This document shows positions 44,648 through 54,000 of a stretch of 64,000 nt of DNA, piece by piece. A model generated the notes under the pieces. It was given only the letters and a program-made list of their open reading frames with translations, was not told the origin of the DNA and did not search any database. Origin of the DNA: an uncultured virus (IMG/VR IMGVR_UViG_3300037515_000764) (taxonomy: Duplodnaviria > Heunggongvirae > Uroviricota > Caudoviricetes); IMG/VR virus record IMGVR_UViG_3300037515_000764; one strand, 5' to 3'. The translations under genes and the position numbers were made by a program. Every line of letters starts with the position of its first letter. Position 1 is the first letter of the stretch.

Positions 44648-46207
44648 TTAAGTATTCGTAAATAACCATGTAACTGAAATTGTTTCATTATCTGCTATCG
44701 TCCAATCTGAAGCACCAGAACCAGAAACGCAAAGAACGTGGTCTAAACCTACATTGCCTAATTGAACTAAATCGACTTCTAAAGTCGCATCAATAGAGGT
44801 TATGGTTACGATAGCATTTGTTGAACCTGCTGGTGCTGTTGGTGTATCAAAAGTAAATGTTTTTCCTAATGTGCCTGAAGATAAAACGCAATCGCTTGCA
44901 GAATTAAAATTATTTACTGTTACGGTTGCAGTCCCTAAAACTCCAATGGTAGTTGCACCTGCTCCAACATTGTCATCAAATCTCGTATTCGTTTCTAGTT
45001 TTCTATTTATTATTTCGAATTCATCAAAAACATCGGCTTCTTGTTTAGAGGTTAATTCTAGTTCATATAAGAGTTTCGGTATTTCAACTCCTATTTCGCT
45101 TTTAGTTTCATATCGTTCATTGAATGATGCTTTAATTCCAACAAGCTTCAACCAAGTTTCCAATTCGAAAGTTTTAACAAAATCTATTTGGCCTGTTAAA
45201 TCATCTTTTATAGATTCATAAGCGCTTCCTTCGAAATAAAACTTTTCGTGTAATAACGGTGAAGAATCAACTGAAACTTGAACTGTTAAGTTGTAATAAG
45301 GTTCTGATTCTTCCATATCTCTAACGGCTTTGCGATAAAGGGCTAACGCAGCTTGGTTTAATTCGGCTTGGCTTGGTGTTGTATCATTTTCAGTTTTAAT
45401 AACGCTGTAAGAACGTCGTAAAGAACAACCTGTAGCTCTCGTATTATTAACAATTGATTCACCGACAATCTGAAAATCTTGTGTTGGCGAAGATAAAGTT
45501 GGGTCGATATTTAAAGCATCTAATAGCGAAACCGGTAAGTCGATTGATTCACCACTAACAGGAAATAATTTCTTTAATGGTTCCGTTGTCTGTGCTGAAA
45601 ATCTCGGTGCATTTATAATATTGTTTCCTAATATAGCGTATTGGGAATTTATTTTTCTGTCAAACGAACCTATGTCCAAAAGATGATTTGTACCGTCGAA
45701 ACCGCCATATCTTAAAAATGTAGGCGTTCGCATATTTTGAATAATCTCTTGTATCTGTGAAAACAAGTTCTCCTTTGAGCGCAAATCCAATGTAATTTGA
45801 ATATCCGAAAGAGTCGATGTATCGTTTAAAACCCAATTAGTGCCACTGGATGATAGCAAAGTAGCAATTGCAACTGAACCAAGTGTATCTTGGAAGTGAA
45901 AAAGTTGTGATTCTACGCAAACTAATCTTCCAAAGTTATCGTCACATTTTAGTTTTGTTAAAAGTGGATGACTGTTCTCATTTTGAAAATCTGGTATCGC
46001 TAAAGAAGTTTTTATTAGACCAGATATTATTTGAAATCCATTAGAAGCAACAGAAATATCTAATTGATATAAATCCGTATTACCGATGTCTAAAATGTCT
46101 CTTGTAGGTACAACTAAATCAAAAGTTCCAACCTGTCTTTGTCTTAAATTCATTGAAAAAGAAGAAACTTCAACACCTTTGCCGTTGATAATTGCGCGAA
46201 GTGTCAT
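44648..46207 (-). CDS. Baseplate hub/minor tail protein (Tal-like)
   Basis: Second tail gene after the tape measure, 519 aa. Confidence 0.55.
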   Translation of the reverse strand: MTLRAIINGKGVEVSSFSMNLRQRQVGTFDLVVPTRDILDIGNTDLYQLDISVASNGFQIISGLIKTSLAIPDFQNENSHPLLTKLKCDDNFGRLVCVESQLFHFQDTLGSVAIATLLSSSGTNWVLNDTSTLSDIQITLDLRSKENLFSQIQEIIQNMRTPTFLRYGGFDGTNHLLDIGSFDRKINSQYAILGNNIINAPRFSAQTTEPLKKLFPVSGESIDLPVSLLDALNIDPTLSSPTQDFQIVGESIVNNTRATGCSLRRSYSVIKTENDTTPSQAELNQAALALYRKAVRDMEESEPYYNLTVQVSVDSSPLLHEKFYFEGSAYESIKDDLTGQIDFVKTFELETWLKLVGIKASFNERYETKSEIGVEIPKLLYELELTSKQEADVFDEFEIINRKLETNTRFDDNVGAGATTIGVLGTATVTVNNFNSASDCVLSSGTLGKTFTFDTPTAPAGSTNAIVTITSIDATLEVDLVQLGNVGLDHVLCVSGSGASDWTIADNETISVTWLFTNT

Positions 46208-47412
46208 TAGAGTCTCCTAAACCAATGTATAGCAGCTTGGTGAATTTTATTCGTATTGTTTCTAAAGTTCAATATATTTTGAGCAGGTAAAAGTTGGCCC
46301 CACCAAGCTCCTCCACCTGTTTTAATAGCACTTGCCGCATAAAGTCGAGTGGCTAAAGTTTCGGAATTTATAACTCTAGCATGGCCTTCAATATCTCCCA
46401 AAATTAGTATGTCTGTTATTTTTGGCGTTAAGCCGTTTTCTTTATAGAGAGAATTTAAAACATCCCAATCTATTTCGTGTGTTAATTCTCTTAGTGTTAA
46501 AGAGCTAGCTTGTTTTATATCCAAAAAGCTTTTGCCAGATGGAATGACATATTGAATTGAATCTACTTCATCTCTATCAGATAAATCTTCAACAATTTCT
46601 TTTCTTACGAAGCGATAAAGGTAAATGCTTTGAGGTGGTGCAGACCATCTGTACTCATTAACTCTTAGATTAAAATAGCTTTCAGCACCAGTTGACCATC
46701 CCTGAGTTTTACCGATTTCAAAATCATCACCTTCAGCACAGTTCATAAGTCCGCAAACTACATCCAAGTTCAACATCCAATTATAATTTTTAAAATAATT
46801 CTTTTTGAAGTGCTTGCAATCCTTGCAGTCTAAATTTGAACAAGAGGGGAAGATAGAACAATATTTTCTGTGATTTAGTACGTCGAATTCTTCGCATTGT
46901 AAACTTTGTAGAGAATCGCCACCCCATTGCCACATATATTTATTCATTCCGCGCCAATAGTCAGAGAAAGAAATTGTAATATCTATCTCATAATCGTCGG
47001 CATTATTATTATTTACAAGAGTTATTGACTCTATCCGACCAGTTGTTTCGTACCAGTTGTAACTGCATTTTCCACAGCAACATCTATAGCAACAATCATT
47101 TGGAACAGCTTTTAACGGATTAGATATTTCATAGGCTAAAAAGCTTGTAATTTTTCCGATATGTCGATAAAGTCTTTGTAAAGTTTGACCAGCAGTAAAA
47201 TAAGTATCCCAGAGTTTAACGCGCCAAGTTTCACTTCTTGGTTTTGAAATAATTTCGGAAGTGCTAACCAAAGTTCTATAAGAATCTTGTAATTGTACAT
47301 TTGAGCCTATTGGACTAACTGCGCGACTAGGGAAACCAACTGTAAAAGCATTAGTTTGTATATCGCCCACCTGATATAAATGTAAAACGTGTGCGGGAAA
47401 AGGCATTGACAC
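46207..47412 (-). CDS. Distal-tail-like minor tail protein, Cys-rich
   Basis: Position after the tape measure; AAGGAGG RBS. Confidence 0.5.
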   Translation of the reverse strand: MSMPFPAHVLHLYQVGDIQTNAFTVGFPSRAVSPIGSNVQLQDSYRTLVSTSEIISKPRSETWRVKLWDTYFTAGQTLQRLYRHIGKITSFLAYEISNPLKAVPNDCCYRCCCGKCSYNWYETTGRIESITLVNNNNADDYEIDITISFSDYWRGMNKYMWQWGGDSLQSLQCEEFDVLNHRKYCSIFPSCSNLDCKDCKHFKKNYFKNYNWMLNLDVVCGLMNCAEGDDFEIGKTQGWSTGAESYFNLRVNEYRWSAPPQSIYLYRFVRKEIVEDLSDRDEVDSIQYVIPSGKSFLDIKQASSLTLRELTHEIDWDVLNSLYKENGLTPKITDILILGDIEGHARVINSETLATRLYAASAIKTGGGAWWGQLLPAQNILNFRNNTNKIHQAAIHWFRRL

Positions 47413-47434
47413 CTCCTTTCTTTTGTGTTATAAT
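47406..47434 (+). promoter_or_regulatory. Consensus promoter antisense to tail operon
   Basis: TTGACA-17-TATAAT with TG. Confidence 0.75.
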
Positions 47435-47454
47435 TTATAATAAAGGAGTTTTTT

Positions 47455-48096
47455 ATGGATGAAGAGAATCACGAAAAAGATTCACCAAATTATTTTTATA
47501 ATTTAAATCCCTTTGAAAATGTAAATGAAAAATTAAATTATGAAGAAATAAGAGACAGTTTAAGAAAACAGATGGAAGAAGAGTTAAAAACCTCCTCTCA
47601 CATTTGGTCTTTAAGAATACCACCACATGAAAGCGATTATAGGAAATTAATCACGGGCGAATGGGTTTCTGAAGAACACGAACCTAAACTATTTGAAACC
47701 GGTTACGTAACTGAAGAATATATAAGAGAAAGATTATTATTTTGCCCAAAAGAACTCTTAGAAAAGTATTACGATTTAAAAGATAAATTAATTAACGAAT
47801 TAAAATACTTTGAATTGTTTTTAAGATCTAAGAATATCGAAAGTGCTTGTGGAATTATTTATTCTCATATTATATTTAAAAATAAAGACGAACCAGTAAC
47901 AGAGGAAGAATTAGTAGAACTCTTAAAGAGTTTTTCTGTTAGCTTTGAAATTAAAAAAGAAGACCTCGAAGAGCTAACAGAGTTCCTAGAAAACTTAGAG
48001 GTTGATGCTTTCATTAGTTCAATTGGCGAGACTAATGAAAGCACCTTTGACAAAAGTTTTTGGTATTTAAAAGTATTAGTTCTTGTTTCTAATTAA
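47455..48096 (+). CDS. Hypothetical acidic protein, moron-like insertion
   Basis: 213 aa, AAGGAG RBS, own promoter, opposite strand to flanking genes. Confidence 0.75.
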   Translation: MDEENHEKDSPNYFYNLNPFENVNEKLNYEEIRDSLRKQMEEELKTSSHIWSLRIPPHESDYRKLITGEWVSEEHEPKLFETGYVTEEYIRERLLFCPKELLEKYYDLKDKLINELKYFELFLRSKNIESACGIIYSHIIFKNKDEPVTEEELVELLKSFSVSFEIKKEDLEELTEFLENLEVDAFISSIGETNESTFDKSFWYLKVLVLVSN

Positions 48097-51000
48097 AGTT
48101 TCGATTTCTAATCTGTGGTGGATTATCCCTAACCCAACTATCTAAAGCATTTCTTACAACATCGGGGGAAACATTCGTAACTTCAGGCGGTATATTTAAA
48201 TGTATATCGCCGAAACTTACTTCTGTTGTATTCCGATTATTTGTAATGCTAGATGTATTACTAACGGGTGTGATGAAACCATTTTCATTTGGTATTAAGA
48301 ATTGGTCTCCACTAGCTGTTGTTAAAAGTTCGGGTTGGTTGCGCTCGTTGACTTGAAATACTGTATTCTTTGAAACATAACCGCCGTCAGCACGTCCACC
48401 ACCAAACGGTAATAATGGTGGAATAGAACCTCCGCCAATTCCTCCTAGAGAATCATTTAAGAGGTTGATTGTACCTATGGTTGCATCTAAATTTGCAACT
48501 AGTGAAATCAGTTGTCCTTCGATACTCGCCAAAGAATTTTGCATTATTGCTGAAGCTGAAACCATTGCATTTGCTGCACGTCCAAAACTATCTTGCACTA
48601 TTAAAGCAAAGAGATTAACAATTTCATTTGTTCTATCTAATCTTTGTTCAACAAGAGCTAACGAGAAATCAAATAATGGTAAGTTTTCTGTTATACCTAA
48701 AACTAATCCATTAACAATATCTCTACCGAAGCCTTGGAAAACAGTTGAAGGTGAAAAAATGCCGGCAATAGTTTGAAAAGCAGAACGGTAAGTTTCGAAT
48801 AATGCAGTCGAGCTTTGTCTAGCCGATTCTTCGCCTTCAGTTAAACCCTCGTTTGTACCAGCGCTAAGGTCGCGTCCGAATTGTTTAAATTTATCTATGT
48901 TTTCTTGAACTTTCAAGTCACTGAAGAATTCTAAATCGCCTTCAGTTAAACCTTCTTCGAAACCGCCACTGAAACCTTCTGCTGCACCAGCGCCAACTTG
49001 TCTAGTAAATTCATCTAAATCGGCTTCATTAGCACCATCTATAAATGATTGTGGTATTTGACCACCTAATTCCTCAAAAGTATTTAAGGTTTCTTGTGGT
49101 ATTTCTACACCCTCAGTTGATATTTGTTCGAGAAAAAGTCCGATAAAATCTAAATCTGTTTCAGAAAAAGTAGCGTTTTCATCGGTTAAACTGTCATTTA
49201 TTTGGTCTAAAAAGAATTGTCCGAGTCCTTCGGGTATTAAATCCGCTAAAGTTTCGGGGTCTAATTGAAGGAAATCTATTCCGAAAAGTGCATTAGCTAA
49301 GAAATTTGGTAAATCGGTTGTTAAACCTTCTAAAATTTCAGTATTTTCTGAGAAGTCTAATAGTTCAGCAACTAAAGCATCTATTTCGTCTTTCGTTACA
49401 TCCAAATCTTTTGCTAGTTGTAGTTTATCTGCTTCACTTAGATTGAATAGATTCTCTCTGAAGAATGATGCTAAATCCGCATCTTCTGATAACCTAGATA
49501 ACAAAGCATCAAAATTTAAATCGCCTGTTAGACCTTCTTCAAGTGCATCTTCTAAAATTTCTTGGAACGGAATTTCTTGTAATTGTCGTTCTAATTCTGC
49601 TAGTCTTTCTTCTTCTAAGGTTGTATCAATATCTAATTCTAAATCTGGTAATTTGAAATCTATTCCTAAGAAATCTAAAGCCTCTTGGCTAAGACCTTCT
49701 AGGAAGCGAAACGGGGAAGATATAGTATTAATAAAATCTTCCATAACAGGTGCTAGAGTTATTGATGCTTTTAAGAAAGCTATTTGAAGTCTTAAAAAGA
49801 AAGCAGGTAAGAAATCAACGAAATCATTTACTAAGTTTTTGAAACCTTGTAAAGCACCGCGTATTTCATCAGAATCCAAAGCGTCTAAGAAGAATATCAT
49901 ATCGTCTAAGAAAGTTAAATCTGTATCTGAAACACCCAGCAATAAAAGAACTTCTTTTATGAACTCTAAAAAGCTTGCTCCAACATCGGTACTTAATTCA
50001 CCCGCCGCAACAATGAAATCTTCTAAGCTTTCGAAAACGGAAGCCAAATCACCAGCGCCGCTTCCCAATGCTATTAGACTATTTATAAAACCACCAAATT
50101 CTTCTATTAATTTAGAAACCTCTGGTGCGTTGTCAGCTAACAGTAATGCGAAACCAGCTATCAAACCAATAGCTAAAATTAATGGCGCTAAAGCTATTGC
50201 AGCTACAACGAAAGCACTAATTGCAGCAAAATTAATTGCTATTCCTAAAGCAGTAAAAGCTAAAGCTAATCCAAGAATACCGGTTTTCAAATCATCATTT
50301 TCGGCAACTTTTACTAGTTCAGTATTTATTGTTGATAGGTTTTGAGTTAACGGTGCTATTATTCGATTTAAACCTTCGAACAAAGGTATCAACCCTTGAA
50401 CGGCGAAAGCAATAGTTTCAAAAGCAACCGCTAAAACGCCAACAGCTAAAATTCCTATCAATTTACCAACTTCAATTACTAAATTCCCAACATTAGTTAT
50501 TAAATCTTTAAACTCTTGCGAACCAAAAGCTTTCTCTAATTCTTCAGCTATCTTTGTTGCATTTTCAGTTATTCCAACGAAATCAAAAATTTCTTCTAGT
50601 TCTTTTAACGCATCGGAAAGTTCTGGGTTTTCGCTAAGAGCATTAGATAAATCGTTAGCAATATTTGTTAAAGCTGTTCCAAAATCTATATCGCCACCTA
50701 AAACACCAATGGCATTTTCAACAGCGGAACCAACTCCGACTCCTAAAACATTACCGATTTCAGATAGCAAAGTTCCAATTTCTTTTATGGCATCTATTCC
50801 TAGAATCTGTCCAAGAATTATTGGTAAATTTGCAAAAGAGTTATTAAAGATTTGCTCTACGATAAAACCGATAGCATCACTGAAAACGCTTCTGTTATCA
50901 ACTAATAAGTCGATAAAGTTAGTGAACATATCTCTAAATGCAACAAATAATGCACCTGATAAATTACCTTCTGAAAGTTTGTCTGTAATATTCTCTGATA

Positions 51001-54000
51001 AGAAACCGTCGCCAAATAGATTTGAAAATAGTTTATCGAATTGTAAAATAATTTGACTTATCGCTAATTCTATATTTCTAAATCCAGCGCGAACATCACC
51101 TGAGAAAATCTGTCTTACGCCCTCAGTTATTCCTAAAAAGCTGGCTTTAACTTGGTTAAATGTATCAACTAATACAGTTGCAAAGTTAACCGCTCTATCA
51201 ATTGCATCGTCACCTTCACCAAAAAGAAACTTAAATAAATCTGTTTCGGCAAAACGACTTTCTATTATATTTCTAACTAAGCGCGAATTTCTATCCGCTT
51301 CAGATAAAAGTTTGTTTCTTTCAATTTGATTTAATTTTGTATCAATGGGGAAATCTAAAAGTTCTTCGTTTAAATCCGCTATTTCTGCATCTAAATCAGT
51401 GAAATCACCAGTAACATCAACAATTAATTCGTCACCCGTAAAAATAAGATTTGGGTCTTCAATTTGCGGGTTAAGTTTGAGCAATTCATCAACGGTTGTT
51501 CCTAAATCAATGGCTAATTGACTTAAAGTATCACCCGATTTTATTGTTATGGTCTCAGTTGATTGTCCGAATCCTTCAACAGAATCCGTAATTTCTGCTA
51601 TTTTTGCATCTACTTCCGTAGTATCAGCGCCAAACTTAATCTGAAAATCTCTTTGTGATTGCAGCTTTTTCAGTTCGTCATTAATAGCAACAAGTTCATC
51701 TCTTCGTTCTAAAAGCGCCTTTCTATCAGAATCTTCTATTAACGGAATATCTATTTGAGGTTCTTGTATTTGAAGTTGTAGGAATTCGAAGAACAATTGA
51801 AGTTCTTGAAAAGTTTTCGTTAAACCTTTTACTTTTTCTGTTATTCTATCAATTACACCAGCTATTATACTCTCAGAACCTTCAGCGCCATTAAAAACAT
51901 CAGAAACACCGATAACAGCAGCTATTAATTGCAAGAAGCTGTTGATTAATGGCTGCGTTACTTTGGAAAGTTCGTTAAAAGCTTGGCCTAGTCTTTCGCC
52001 TGATTTTCTTATTTCTTCAGTATTATTTCTAAAATCATTTATAATTGCAATAACAGCCGTAAAAGCAACAGCCGCCCCAGTAGCAAATGCCGCAAAAATT
52101 CCAGCTAAAACTAGTAAACCTCCGCCTAATGCCACAACAGCCGCAATTAATCCAGCGGGGTTAGTAATAACAAATATTAATGCGCTAAAAGCAAAACTAG
52201 CCGCGATTATTCCAACGCCTATTTGTTGTAATAGTATACCGGATAGTAAAAGAAAAACACCGCTTAATGTTGTAACAATGGCAACTAAAGCTCCTATTGC
52301 AGCGGAAATTGCTAAGAATTCGTCTGGCAAATTGCCTAAGAATTTTAATAGTTCGGCAACAGCTTTTAGTAATGGATGTAAAGCAAAATCTACTAATGGT
52401 CGCAAAGCCTTGAAAGTTAAAGCTTGAGCAGCCGAAGTAATTTGATTAAACGTGCCACGTAAACTCTCACCAATAGCAAGAGCAGCTTCTTCAGCAGTTA
52501 AAGCATCATCCAAAGATTGTCTATATTCGGCAAATGCCAATGTTCCATCATCAGTAGTTTCGATTAGGTTAAGGAAACCGGCAATTGCACGTTGGTCGCC
52601 TAATGCCGAAAGTTGTTCGATAATTTCAACATCCGATAAACCTTCTTTTCTGAAATTTTCTAAGACAGGTATAAATTGAGACATAACATCTTCAAAGGAT
52701 TTAGTATTGCCCTCCGCATCAGTTAAGCCGATATTATATAAGTCTAAGAATTTTCTTGCTTCGTTAGTTGGATTAATCAACGAACTAAAAACAGAACGCA
52801 AAGCCGTACCTGCTCTAGCTCCATCAATACCTCTATCAGCTAAGAAAGCAACAGCGGCGGAAACATCTTCTAGTGAAAATCCAGCAGCCGAAGCTATTGG
52901 TGCGACAAACGATAAAGCTTGTCCAACTGATTCAATCGAACTTACCGAAATGTCAGCAGCACCCGTTAGCGTATTAACAATTTGGGTTGTATTTTCAACT
53001 TCTAAGCCGAAACCATTCATAATTTGAATAACAAGTTCAGACGTTGAACCAAGTTCTATTTGACCAGCAGTTGCTAAATCCAAAACATCTTTAAGAGCCA
53101 ATTGAGAATCGGCAAGTGATAAACCGGCTTTTTGTAGTTCTAGGAAACCAGCAGCGATTTCAACAGGAACAAAAGCAGAATTAGTTCCTAAATCCAAAAT
53201 AGATTCTTCGATTAATTTAATTTCGCTAACTGTTGCTCCGCCGAACACTTGAATTTGTGAGATAAGAGCATCAAAATTAGCAAATTCATTTAACTGTTTG
53301 CCTTGTAGTAAACTAAATAGACCACCAGTCGCAATTAACTGTGTACCTAATCGAGAAATATCTCTACCAAAGTTTAGTAAATCTCTGCCTGTTTCTCTTA
53401 ATCTTCTAGAAGCTTGAGTTGTAAAGAAGCGTATTGCATCATCTAAACGCCCAAGCGTATTTTCAATTAAGAATTTGAACGGTTTTTCAAAGGCCGTCGT
53501 AAATGCTTCGGCTAATGTTTCGCCCAAACCGCCGAACAGTGTTGTAAAACCTAAAATCGTATCGGTAAAGCCAGTAGCAGTTAATCTTGCAATACTCGCC
53601 ATAACTCTAGAAGGCGAAGCGATTCCCAAAGTTTGTTTAACCGAATTTATAAAGGCGTTAGCTATATTTTTGCCGGAAGTTGCTAATTGTGTTCCTAAAT
53701 CTTTAAACGAAAAACCGTCAGCTATTGATTGTCTGATTTGTTTAAATTCACCGACTAGAAAATCGAAATCTAAAGTTTTAGCAGTTTTGCGCAAACCTAA
53801 TAGTTCGTCTTCTAGGCCGTCTAATTTTATTTTCTCTAGTTGCTTTAATGATACGACAGCCGTATCTGCTTTTCTAGAGAGTGCGTCAAAACCTCCGCCT
53901 AATTGCGGTTTAGTTATTTGTTCTATACTTATTGCAGTTTTTTGAGCACTTACTGAAACTTGTTTTAATTCTGTATTTGTTTCATCTAATTCCGAATTGA

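Noticed and set aside
42142..45221. Plus-strand ORFs opposite tail fibre/hub genes
   Set aside because: Shadow frames of real minus-strand genes.
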